The notes under the pieces are model-generated. The model was not told the DNA's origin. It did not search any database and was given only the letters and a program-made list of their open reading frames with translations. From Pseudomonas phage TIETA: 64,000 nucleotides of DNA. Position 1 is the first letter of the stretch, and each line of letters starts with the position of its first letter. The stretch lies in the sequence record PV800129.1; one strand, given 5' to 3'. Below are positions 56,624-64,000 of the stretch, piece by piece. A program made the translations under genes and the position numbers.

Positions 56624-57012
56624 TCGCTCCACCTATCACCAATAAACAGTCGCAGCGCCGAGCCGCCATCATCATTCGCCGAGTGAAATACTACGAAAGC
56701 CGCTGGCTGCGCACGGTGACTTTCTTCGTAGGAGAGTGCAGCGAGAACATAACCGAACGTTTCGCCTATCTGCGGCACGCAGAAGAGCAAATGTCCAAGC
56801 TGAAAGCTGAGTTTGCAGCTTTTCCGGTAGAGCATCGGTTGAAGGCTCTCGGTTGGATCAACTGGAATACCTACAATGACGGCCTGTTAGAAGAGTGGAT
56901 TCACCCGGATAGTGACCGAGCCATCATGCTAGAGTACGATAGCACGACGTGGCGGCCAGAGGCTTGCTGGGAGACCAAGGTGGATACGCTCTCTAAGCTA
57001 GCTATGCTGTAA
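56620..57012 (+). CDS. hypothetical protein
   Basis: 130 aa, ATGA-coupled. Confidence 0.4.
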   Translation: MIAPPITNKQSQRRAAIIIRRVKYYESRWLRTVTFFVGECSENITERFAYLRHAEEQMSKLKAEFAAFPVEHRLKALGWINWNTYNDGLLEEWIHPDSDRAIMLEYDSTTWRPEACWETKVDTLSKLAML

Positions 57013-57041
57013 AAATAATGCCCGTTAGGCTGAAATAATGC

Positions 57042-57069
57042 TTGACGGGCATTTTTGTATCTGTAGAAT
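57042..57069 (+). promoter_or_regulatory. promoter cassette variant
   Basis: TTGACG-16-TAGAAT + leader GGCCTCAAGAAAGGAG. Confidence 0.5.
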
Positions 57070-57122
57070 AGGCCTCAAGAAAGGAGAACAGCCGAAAGGC
57101 TGAATCTGAAACAAAGAAACGC

Positions 57123-57150
57123 TTGACAGCTTAACATGGAAGCGTAGAAT
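57123..57150 (+). promoter_or_regulatory. promoter cassette variant (tandem with 57042)
   Basis: TTGACA-16-TAGAAT. Confidence 0.5.
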
Positions 57151-57187
57151 GTCAGCCAGAGGGAGCACAAATCTCCCCTAAGAGGAT

Positions 57188-57439
57188 ATGAGAATGCGCA
57201 TCATCGACCGCACCGAAGGAAACGAAAGCCCGAGTCACTGCTACATTGTCACTGGTAGCATCGGACCGGAGTTCGAGCCCCTTCTATTCGCTACTCATAC
57301 ATTGGCAAAGAAATATGCCCAGCATATAGTGAAATACGGCGAGGCTAACGTTGTTTTCCCGCCTTTCGTGCCTGTTATCGAGACTCGCCACAAGGCAGAT
57401 ATGAATCGCTTCACGATCCACAACAAAATCCCGGAATAG
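57188..57439 (+). CDS. hypothetical protein
   Basis: 83 aa; RBS AGAGGA. Confidence 0.4.
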   Translation: MRMRIIDRTEGNESPSHCYIVTGSIGPEFEPLLFATHTLAKKYAQHIVKYGEANVVFPPFVPVIETRHKADMNRFTIHNKIPE

Positions 57440-57450
57440 GAGATAAATCG

Positions 57451-57765
57451 TTGAAACTCTCTCAAATTTTCCAAGAAGGACTCGACTACGCTATCTTTCA
57501 CGGGACGCCGTGGTATATGTGTGTGCGTCTCCGGGAGCTAGACTTGCCAATTAATCTCGACGACGTGACCCGGGACATTCGATCTATCATGAATGAAGCC
57601 GGAATAACGTCGGAGGGAGTGGACGACTACTTCTGGGAAACTGGCATGGCTGATGACTACGTGATGACAGTACAAGAGGTCAGAGATTACGGGAGCCCCG
57701 CCTATTCAATGTGGGTGCAATTTTGGTTCTTCGTAATCTTTGACTTAGCCCGAAAAGGGCAGTAG
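57451..57765 (+). CDS. hypothetical protein (TTG start)
   Basis: 104 aa; RBS AGGAGA before TTG. Confidence 0.35.
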   Translation: MKLSQIFQEGLDYAIFHGTPWYMCVRLRELDLPINLDDVTRDIRSIMNEAGITSEGVDDYFWETGMADDYVMTVQEVRDYGSPAYSMWVQFWFFVIFDLARKGQ

Positions 57766-57799
57766 AATAGACGGCAGATAATGTGATCTAAGGACGATC

Positions 57800-58279
57800 A
57801 TGAAAGACAAGACTGTAGTTTATCGAATCGAGTGCAAGAACGGCGAGGGCCCTTATGTTAATGGGTGCATGACGAATTCGTCTTCCACTCCAGAACGGCC
57901 TGTCCCTGAGCATGACGGGATACCGGATGTTCGCGATTTTGAGTTCTTCGCCTTCACGTCCCCTAGGCAGCTAGACGATTGGTTTGGCGACGAATACGAT
58001 GTACTATCTTTCTATTCTACCGCACGGATCAGGGTCTATGAGGTGGACAAGCAACATGTAAGGGTCGGCATCCGGCAATGTGTATTCCGCAAGGCGGAAG
58101 CTGATTGCGTCCAAGAGGTGAGCATAGACCAATGGGTTAGCATGGTACGCGCCGGACTATTGTCCGCCTCGGTCACACAAACTGTAGCTCCACGTCCTAC
58201 CGAGCAATTGTCCCTAGACCTAGGGGATGACTCGGCCTGCGAAGCTTCGAAAGAAATTTTGAAAATCTTCGGTTTGTAG
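57800..58279 (+). CDS. hypothetical protein
   Basis: 159 aa; RBS AAGGA. Confidence 0.45.
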   Translation: MKDKTVVYRIECKNGEGPYVNGCMTNSSSTPERPVPEHDGIPDVRDFEFFAFTSPRQLDDWFGDEYDVLSFYSTARIRVYEVDKQHVRVGIRQCVFRKAEADCVQEVSIDQWVSMVRAGLLSASVTQTVAPRPTEQLSLDLGDDSACEASKEILKIFGL

Positions 58280-58281
58280 GG

Positions 58282-58309
58282 TTGACAGCTTGGGCCATTC
58301 GCGTAGAAT
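58282..58309 (+). promoter_or_regulatory. consensus promoter cassette (canonical copy)
   Basis: GTTGACAGCTTGGGCCATTCGCGTAGAATGGCCCTCAAGCAAGACAAACCGCC. Confidence 0.65.
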
Positions 58310-58362
58310 GGCCCTCAAGCAAGACAAACCGCCGATAGGCAAAACCTAAGGAACTATAAGCC

Positions 58363-58878
58363 ATGACTACCGAAAACCTTTCCTCTAAAGAAATCGAAAC
58401 CGCCGTTGACGAATTCCTGAAGTCAATCGATGTTACCGTGGCCACCGTGTGTCGAGGTGAGCGCAATAGTGAAGGTTGGGTGCATGACCTGTGGGATGTA
58501 AGTTTCATCCGTGGCGATGGCCTCCGTGGAGTTCTCGACACTGAATTCCGCACAGGCGTCGGGCATCGCAAAGCCTCGATTCCCATGCCCGCCGACATCC
58601 GCCGTCTGGCCCCTAACATCCTGATGCGGGTAGAGTGGGAAAAACGTTACATCAAGGCTGTAGCACCTGAGGCTACCTGTATCCTGTCCAGCCTTATCCG
58701 GGACTCTGAAGCGGGCGGATACACTTTCGAGGAGTTCTGTGGAGAATTCGGCTACGATACTGATAGCCGAAAGGCCTTCGACACTTACATGGCTTGTCAG
58801 AATATTCTGAACAAGGTGCGGAATTTCTTCACTCAGGAAGAAATTAAACACATAGCGCGTCTGGTGGATCGATACTGA
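58363..58878 (+). CDS. hypothetical protein
   Basis: 171 aa. Confidence 0.5.
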   Translation: MTTENLSSKEIETAVDEFLKSIDVTVATVCRGERNSEGWVHDLWDVSFIRGDGLRGVLDTEFRTGVGHRKASIPMPADIRRLAPNILMRVEWEKRYIKAVAPEATCILSSLIRDSEAGGYTFEEFCGEFGYDTDSRKAFDTYMACQNILNKVRNFFTQEEIKHIARLVDRY

Positions 58879-58885
58879 AAAAAGG

Positions 58886-58913
58886 TTGACAGCTTGGGCC
58901 ATTCGCGTAGAAT
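58886..58913 (+). promoter_or_regulatory. consensus promoter cassette (near-identical copy)
   Basis: GTTGACAGCTTGGGCCATTCGCGTAGAATGGCTCTCAAGCAAGACAAACCAC. Confidence 0.65.
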
Positions 58914-58953
58914 GGCTCTCAAGCAAGACAAACCACAAACCCGGAGACTCCCC

Positions 58954-59481
58954 ATGAACAAGCCAATGAACACTTTCGCATACGCCCACTACGTCGCCCG
59001 CATGGACAAGGCCTCTGGCACTAGCCTGCCCTACGCCACCCTGTTCCGCATCGCCCTGCGTAACGCCTACCGCAAGCCGGGTGTCCGCCAGTACGATTGT
59101 GCAGCACTCGTCGAGGATATCAAAGCGCGTGAACTGGTCCAAAAGCGCATTCGGGCTGAAAAAGCAGTAGTGATGGCGGCAGTAATGCGTGCAATCCGTA
59201 CTGGCTTCACTGTTAGCGTGAAGGATGGCAGCGACGGTGAATGGGTGGTGAAGAAATCTACCGATATCAAGGAAATCTCTGACAGCCTGCAATCGACCGA
59301 TGAAGATATCATCCGCTTCCGCAAGGGTGACGGCCCGGACAACATCGTCGGCTCTATGTGGGCAATCTACGGTAACAGCGCTGGCGAAGTGATCGCCGAC
59401 TGGACCGAAAACGCCACCATGGCCATGATTATGGCTCCGGCTGAGCGGAAGATGGAAAAATACGCGGAATTGGGTATCTAA
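58954..59481 (+). CDS. hypothetical protein
   Basis: 175 aa from ATG 58954; the ORF track start at 58894 lies within the promoter. Confidence 0.45.
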   Translation: MNKPMNTFAYAHYVARMDKASGTSLPYATLFRIALRNAYRKPGVRQYDCAALVEDIKARELVQKRIRAEKAVVMAAVMRAIRTGFTVSVKDGSDGEWVVKKSTDIKEISDSLQSTDEDIIRFRKGDGPDNIVGSMWAIYGNSAGEVIADWTENATMAMIMAPAERKMEKYAELGI

Positions 59482-59484
59482 TGC

Positions 59485-59513
59485 TTGACGGGGCCCGAAA
59501 AGGGCCCCATAAT
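59485..59513 (+). promoter_or_regulatory. promoter with a GGGCCC-GAAAA-GGGCCC hairpin in the spacer
   Basis: TTGACG-17-CATAAT. Confidence 0.45.
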
Positions 59514-59551
59514 GCACCCATACCAACCAAGCAATCCTAGAGGGCAACACC

Positions 59552-59785
59552 ATGGCTACACTGATTATCGGCAACGTAAACTACCATAACCATCGTCTAG
59601 TCGATGAAATCGCTGGCGATGCTGGCTACAAGGGTGCCGCCCGCTTGGTGGACGAATGCACTCGCAAAATCACCTTGCTAGCGCCTTCTGGAATTCCTGC
59701 CATCGACGCCAAGGAGCGTGCTGAAGTCGCCGCAATGATTGGTGAGTATATTCTAGCAGGATTCGAAGTTTCGATTCAGCACTAA
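59552..59785 (+). CDS. hypothetical protein
   Basis: 77 aa. Confidence 0.4.
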   Translation: MATLIIGNVNYHNHRLVDEIAGDAGYKGAARLVDECTRKITLLAPSGIPAIDAKERAEVAAMIGEYILAGFEVSIQH

Positions 59786-59809
59786 CACCTTAAACCCGGA
59801 GTACCGACA

Positions 59810-59974
59810 ATGAAACGCCAATATACTGATTCCTACTATTGCAAAGCGATTGACGGCATGATTTCTGTCCTCGGCGGTAAGAAAATTCAAGTACCGCCGT
59901 CCTTGAAAGCCTCTCGAAACCGCCTGCTGAAAAAGATGGTAAAATACGTCAGCCGGTCAGGATGGAAACCGTAA
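59810..59974 (+). CDS. small basic protein (paralog of 60055..60198)
   Basis: 54 aa; C-terminal NRLLKKMVKYVSRSGW vs IRRLMKLARYLSRAVHG. Confidence 0.3.
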   Translation: MKRQYTDSYYCKAIDGMISVLGGKKIQVPPSLKASRNRLLKKMVKYVSRSGWKP

Positions 59975-59987
59975 CCGACAGACTGGC

Positions 59988-60017
59988 ATAGCCCCGGAAT
60001 GCCCGGGGCTATGTTTG
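59988..60017 (+). terminator. rho-independent terminator
   Basis: ATAGCCCCGG-AATGC-CCGGGGCTAT + GTTTG. Confidence 0.55.
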
Positions 60018-60054
60018 CTCGAACTGACAGCCTATCATCACAGAGGATTAATCT

Positions 60055-60198
60055 ATGCGCACCAACTACCTAGACAACCTGAATTCGGCAATCAAAGGTG
60101 AATGCATCCGCCACCAGCAAGGCCGCAAACCTTCGAAACTGGCAATCCGTCGCCTGATGAAGCTGGCTCGCTACCTCAGCCGGGCAGTTCACGGCTAA
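60055..60198 (+). CDS. small basic protein (paralog of 59810..59974)
   Basis: 47 aa; RBS AGAGGA. Confidence 0.3.
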   Translation: MRTNYLDNLNSAIKGECIRHQQGRKPSKLAIRRLMKLARYLSRAVHG

Positions 60199-60262
60199 TA
60201 ACTCGACAACCTCACCCCGGCTTGCTGGGGCCCTGAATAACGATCCCTATAGGAGATAAAAG

Positions 60263-60724
60263 ATGAATATCCTGTTTATCCATAAAGACTCGGTCTACAC
60301 TGTCAAAACCATCCGTGAATTCCTTCAGGCGGCAGTAGATAGCATCCGTGCGGCTGGACTCAATATGTGCGGATATGACGGCGACGGTTTGGGCCCTAAC
60401 GCTCCAGACTACCGAATAGCTATCGTCACCCCTGAAGAGTTCTACCGCACTTTCTATATTCAGGTGGAACTGGCTACACTCTATCAGAATAATCCCCGGC
60501 TTGTGTTTACAGACGCTGACAGCCCGGCTTACAAGATGCGAGCCGAGACGGCCATGAAATGCGGAGAGTGGAGTTACATGACCGTTTGGCAGCATATCCG
60601 TCTGAAAGATATGGCTGCTATGGCAAGCTTGGAAGTGTGGGCAGTAGCTCTAGCCGACTCCGCACGACAGGTTGATATCGATCCCCGACCTAACGCTGGT
60701 AAACTCGGTCAGACGATTCACTAA
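60263..60724 (+). CDS. hypothetical protein
   Basis: 153 aa; RBS TAGGAGA. Confidence 0.45.
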   Translation: MNILFIHKDSVYTVKTIREFLQAAVDSIRAAGLNMCGYDGDGLGPNAPDYRIAIVTPEEFYRTFYIQVELATLYQNNPRLVFTDADSPAYKMRAETAMKCGEWSYMTVWQHIRLKDMAAMASLEVWAVALADSARQVDIDPRPNAGKLGQTIH

Positions 60725-60740
60725 AAGGAGGTAGCATCAA

Positions 60741-61043
60741 ATGAAGAGCGAGTATGCAAATAACACGTATGCAAAGAGCATCGCCACGGAATACAACCTC
60801 CTCTGTCGCGTTCGCGGGATCACTTTAGTAAGCGCCCGTCGCCACCCTGATAGCCGAGTCGTGAAGGTGGCAGCGCTCTACGCCTGTGCGGCCTATGGCC
60901 GTCCTTACAAGGACTGTATTGGTGCCTACAAGGCTGCTAAGCGGCGGGAAAAGGATATGCGAGACCCCGCCAAATGGAAGCTTCAGCGGGAAGCCAAACG
61001 AGCTGTGCAGTGGCTAAAAGCTACCATGAACAAACGCAAATAA
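60741..61043 (+). CDS. hypothetical basic protein
   Basis: 100 aa; RBS AAGGAGG. Confidence 0.4.
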   Translation: MKSEYANNTYAKSIATEYNLLCRVRGITLVSARRHPDSRVVKVAALYACAAYGRPYKDCIGAYKAAKRREKDMRDPAKWKLQREAKRAVQWLKATMNKRK

Positions 61044-61057
61044 GGCAGAAATACCTG

Positions 61058-61086
61058 TTGACGTGAGACTAAAGGGTTCCTATACT
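61058..61086 (+). promoter_or_regulatory. sigma70-type promoter with a 5-prime leader hairpin
   Basis: TTGACG-17-TATACT; GAGACGC-ACAAG-GCGTCTC at 61096-61114 would sit at the transcript 5-prime end. Confidence 0.5.
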
Positions 61087-61136
61087 GTGCCTATCGAGAC
61101 GCACAAGGCGTCTCCTAAGCTAGAAGGACTAGCAAA

Positions 61137-61403
61137 ATGGCAAAGGCAAATCTGAAGTTCTCCCGCATTGGCAATGACGGCTATGACTACGCCCGCAGGG
61201 AAGACGGGGTTTGGTTTGTCAGGGAAGGGTACTACGGGCGGTACGGCTGGGCTAAAACCAAATGGGCTGAAGTCCAAGCCGGAGACGGCATGACTATAGT
61301 CGATGCCTGCCTGAAGGCTCACGAAGCTGGAAGCTCCAGCACATACATCGGATTCGGGAATCTGGTGGTATTCTCCGACGGGAAGGGGCTCCGTTTACCC
61401 TAA
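61137..61403 (+). CDS. hypothetical protein
   Basis: 88 aa. Confidence 0.4.
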   Translation: MAKANLKFSRIGNDGYDYARREDGVWFVREGYYGRYGWAKTKWAEVQAGDGMTIVDACLKAHEAGSSSTYIGFGNLVVFSDGKGLRLP

Positions 61404-61424
61404 ACAGGAACTCAAATAAAGTTG

Positions 61425-61452
61425 TTGACAGCTTAGGCCATTCCTGTAGAAT
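61425..61452 (+). promoter_or_regulatory. consensus promoter cassette with palindromic operator
   Basis: TTGACA-16-TAGAAT; AGGCCATTCCTGTAGAATGGCCAT + leader CAAGCAAAGGGAATCACC. Confidence 0.6.
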
Positions 61453-61502
61453 GGCCATCAAGCAAAGGGAATCACCCTGAGCAACTGAATAGGTAAAAGA
61501 CG

Positions 61503-61697
61503 ATGCAAGCAACCTACCAAGCCCTGAAAACTCTGCGCGATGCTTGTGAAGCTGTCAAGGATGAAAAAGGCACCATCAACGGAAACAAATTGAATGCACT
61601 GCGTAACAAGGCTGTCAAGGAAATGCAAGCTGGTGGTGAAACCTACTCTGACGCCATTAGCATGGCTCACGACTTGATTAAGAAGTATCGCAAGTAG
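61503..61697 (+). CDS. hypothetical protein
   Basis: 64 aa. Confidence 0.4.
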   Translation: MQATYQALKTLRDACEAVKDEKGTINGNKLNALRNKAVKEMQAGGETYSDAISMAHDLIKKYRK

Positions 61698-61746
61698 TCA
61701 ATCCGTAACAAGCCCCGGGTGACCGGGGCCTCTCATAGGAAAGACC

Positions 61747-61881
61747 ATGAAAAACGTTCAAATCTGTTGTTCGAAGTGTGGAGCCATCAACGGCGGTAAC
61801 AGCAGGCACAATTGGGTTATCGCATTAGGCAAGAAGTGGTGCGGTCATTGTGGGTCCAATCTCACAACCCTTCGTCGCTAA
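61747..61881 (+). CDS. small zinc-ribbon protein
   Basis: 44 aa with CCSKCG...CGHCG. Confidence 0.3.
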   Translation: MKNVQICCSKCGAINGGNSRHNWVIALGKKWCGHCGSNLTTLRR

Positions 61882-61912
61882 CCATTCACTGAGACCTAAT
61901 CGAGGAGAGATC

Positions 61913-62074
61913 ATGAACGCCACTCTGGCACGCCTACAGAACGAACGCTGTGCAACCCTCCGCCTGATGCTCCTGCCGGAACATCGTGGGTATCAGTTCT
62001 CTGGCCATCCTTGGGCCGAGCGAATCCGCAATCTCCACGATGAAGCTCGGTGCATCCGCAGCCATCACAGCTAA
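61913..62074 (+). CDS. small protein
   Basis: 53 aa from ATG 61913 after RBS GAGGAGAG. Confidence 0.3.
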   Translation: MNATLARLQNERCATLRLMLLPEHRGYQFSGHPWAERIRNLHDEARCIRSHHS

Positions 62075-62084
62075 CCCCATTCCC

Positions 62085-62110
62085 AGCCCGGCACAGCCGG
62101 GCTTTCTCTC
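62085..62110 (+). terminator. rho-independent terminator
   Basis: AGCCCGGC-ACAG-CCGGGCT + TTCTCTC. Confidence 0.55.
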
Positions 62111-62128
62111 ATAGGAGGCAAGTGAACA

Positions 62129-62389
62129 ATGGTTAACTATCTGATCCTCTTTTTCGTCATAGCAATGGTCTATTGCGTGATAGGCGCTTTAGTCTCTGGA
62201 ATGCTACTAATGCTAAAAGAGGCTAGCTCTGAATTTGAATGGCCTACCCGCAAAGAGAAAGATGTTATCTACGTCCTAGGTGCAATATGGCCTATCTCGT
62301 TACCATTTCTCGCAGTAGGCATTGTCCTAGGCATACCGGCGATGGGAATCGCAAAGGCAGTGAAACGCCTAATCAAAAACAACTACTAA
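62129..62389 (+). CDS. small membrane protein (2 TM)
   Basis: 86 aa hydrophobic; RBS TAGGAGG. Confidence 0.45.
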   Translation: MVNYLILFFVIAMVYCVIGALVSGMLLMLKEASSEFEWPTRKEKDVIYVLGAIWPISLPFLAVGIVLGIPAMGIAKAVKRLIKNNY

Positions 62390-62416
62390 GCCCACTAAAA
62401 CCAACAAAGCTCTAAC

Positions 62417-62440
62417 AGCCCGCCTTGTGCGGGCTTTGTT
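62417..62440 (+). terminator. rho-independent terminator
   Basis: AGCCCGC-CTTGT-GCGGGCT + TTGTTC; a second GAAAGC-GGGG-CTTTC hairpin follows. Confidence 0.55.
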
Positions 62441-62533
62441 CTATCTGCGAAAGCGGGGCTTTCAAGTGTAATTAACATGTAATGTTGTAACACCCTGTAG
62501 AGGGTAACACCAGCATGACAAGATAGACCACTT

Positions 62534-62549
62534 GTAACGTTAACGTTAC
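62534..62549. repeat. perfect 16-bp palindrome GTAACGTTAACGTTAC
   Basis: self-complementary; flanked by GTAACACC direct repeats and AGCATGACA(A/G) repeats (62512, 62563, 62991). Confidence 0.7.
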
Positions 62550-62649
62550 ATGTATAACAGCATGACAGCGGAAGCTGTATGTTCACATTCTGTATAGATA
62601 ACCCTATCAAATAACCCCACAATAACCTACCTAAAACCTACCGGTTTAA

Positions 62650-63140
62650 AGCGGCCTGATAGGCCGTAGATGAAGCGATAGCTTCGCTATGTTAGTCTGC
62701 ACCGTCAAGGCGAAAGCCTTACAGCATGAGGCTTGTAGGAGGTTTTAGAGCCATATGCGATTAGCATAGGATGTTGGTTGTTTTGAGTAGATTTTGGGTA
62801 TAACCCCTTTCCGCGCTACCACTTTGCCGATTGTGTTAAGCGACAGCTTACATCCGCTCTCATTTTGCAATGAGAATTGCGTACAGTTCATCATGCGCCT
62901 CAGAAGTGACTTCACTTTGCATGCGGATGCATGCTATAGTATACCCTGTGATAGCTCCGCTATCCCGTTTTGCATGGCACACGAATTGCATAAGCATGAC
63001 AAGGGTAACCCTCGAAAGCGGAGCTTTCAAAGTGTAGCCTCTACCCTTTAGTATATTGCGACCGGAAGTAGTGACACTGAAAACCTTGACTCCAGCCCAG
63101 CAAATACGTTAAACTAAAAGGTTGATAGCTGCCGCTATCG
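62650..63140. repeat. noncoding region with recurring xTAGC-N3/4-GCTAx inverted repeats
   Basis: GATAGC-TTC-GCTATG (62677-62690), GATAGC-TCC-GCTATC (62950-62964), GATAGC-TGCC-GCTATC (63124-63139); also CGGCC-TGAT-AGGCCG at 62652-62666. Confidence 0.6.
63086..63115 (+). promoter_or_regulatory. candidate sigma70-type promoter for the AP2-domain gene
   Basis: TTGACT-18-TAAACT; the IR GATAGCTGCCGCTATC sits between -10 and RBS. Confidence 0.35.
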
Positions 63141-63169
63141 AGTAACCAACATTCACACAAGGAGGTACA

Positions 63170-63772
63170 ATGACAAGCAACAATCATGCCAAGATTCACA
63201 TCCATTACGCTAAGCAAATCTACTACGCCATGCGTAAACGTGCCATCGCAAGCGATGAGATATGCAAGGAATGGGCCAAGCCCAAGACAGGCTTCGAAGC
63301 GTTCTATGATTGGGTGGTGAATGTGTCAGGGTACGCCGTAGGCTACCGCCTAGACAGGAATATTCTCTTCCCGGGAAACAAGCTCTATGCTCCGCATACA
63401 TGCGAGTTCACACCTACATACATGCATACTCTATTCACCAACTGCGACAAGGCATGCAATAGCCGTGCCAATACGTGGGATAGCTATATCCCTCTAGGCG
63501 TCCGCCTAGCACGCTATGACAAGTATGGGATGCCTGTATACGTGGCTCAGTGTAGGACACTTGGAAAGCAGTCTACCCTTGGATCGTTCGACGATCCGAT
63601 GCAAGCCCATGCGGCATGGCAACATGCCAAGGTAGCAGCCATCCATGAATGTATCGATCTCTATCAGATGGAAGACGTTCACAGTGTAAACGTTGTTCAA
63701 GCGTTGCTTGAGAGAGTGGACAAACTTGGCAAGGATATTGCACAGGGGAAAGAGACTACATTGTTGCAGTAG
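63170..63772 (+). CDS. AP2-domain DNA-binding protein (HNH-AP2-like homing-endonuclease relative or regulator, putative)
   Basis: 200 aa; GVRLARYDKYGMPVYVAQCRTLGKQSTLGSFDDPMQAHAAWQHAK fits the AP2/ERF-like domain pattern; RBS AAGGAGG. Confidence 0.5.
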   Translation: MTSNNHAKIHIHYAKQIYYAMRKRAIASDEICKEWAKPKTGFEAFYDWVVNVSGYAVGYRLDRNILFPGNKLYAPHTCEFTPTYMHTLFTNCDKACNSRANTWDSYIPLGVRLARYDKYGMPVYVAQCRTLGKQSTLGSFDDPMQAHAAWQHAKVAAIHECIDLYQMEDVHSVNVVQALLERVDKLGKDIAQGKETTLLQ

Positions 63773-63817
63773 ATCGACGGAGCCATGGTCAACCCCTCTT
63801 AGAGTGCGAGTAATCCG

Positions 63818-63930
63818 ATAGCGAAGCTATCAAATGTATATGCATATTCCATGCCAACATGTGGAAAGATTTTACCCGGCAGGGCGGGAGCCCGTTGGCA
63901 TTAGTTTTGCATAGCTTAGCTGCCGCTAAG
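63818..63930. repeat. further xTAGC-N-GCTAx inverted repeats downstream of the AP2-domain gene
   Basis: GATAGC-GAA-GCTATC (63818-63832) and CTTAGC-TGCC-GCTAAG (63915-63930). Confidence 0.55.
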
Positions 63931-64000
63931 AAGGAAAGACCACGGCCGCCCATTATTTTGAATTTACTAAGGGTTAGGGTAGCGAGGTGGGTTCGTGGTT

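Overview
This window is almost entirely one virulent, contractile-tailed dsDNA phage genome segment. All genes are on the + strand except one leftward island at 20.4-23.7 kb. A likely enterobacterial host is inferred from the TTGACA/TAGAAT sigma70-type promoters and about 50% GC. From left to right: (1) a late structural module (0-18.3 kb) with a lambda-gpE-like major capsid protein, neck proteins, tail sheath, three tandem tail-tube paralogs, a G/GT frameshift chaperone, tape measure protein, baseplate proteins (hub, spike, gpW, gpJ and gpI-like) and two tail-fiber genes with an assembly chaperone; (2) a lysis cassette (18.3-20.3 kb) with endolysin, holin, overlapping i-/o-spanin and two more membrane-anchored coiled-coil proteins; (3) a convergent leftward accessory island (20.4-23.7 kb) with an RNA ligase carrying a tRNA-binding-like N-terminal domain, a MazG-like fusion protein, a Cys-rich mini-protein and two tandem paralogous 78-aa proteins, driven from a divergent promoter pair; (4) a T7-like replication and nucleotide-metabolism module (24-49.7 kb) with primase-helicase, family-A DNA polymerase, gp2.5-like SSB, 5-prime-3-prime exonuclease, HNH endonuclease, endonuclease-I-like nuclease, metallophosphatase, HAD phosphatase, ThyX, class I RNR beta then alpha, and many small ORFs; (5) an iteron-like noncoding region (50.1-50.7 kb) followed by about 12 kb of roughly 35 small genes driven by some ten near-identical strong promoters, each carrying a perfect palindrome across the -10 and a conserved leader; (6) a structured noncoding region (62.4-63.2 kb) with a 16-bp perfect palindrome and recurring xTAGC-N3-4-GCTAx inverted repeats flanking an AP2-domain DNA-binding protein gene. 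The myovirus morphogenesis genes combined with T7-like replication genes resemble Chaseviridae-like phages; this is inferred, not verified. No tRNA, CRISPR array, integrase or repressor was seen. All calls rest on reading motifs and gene context, without database searches.
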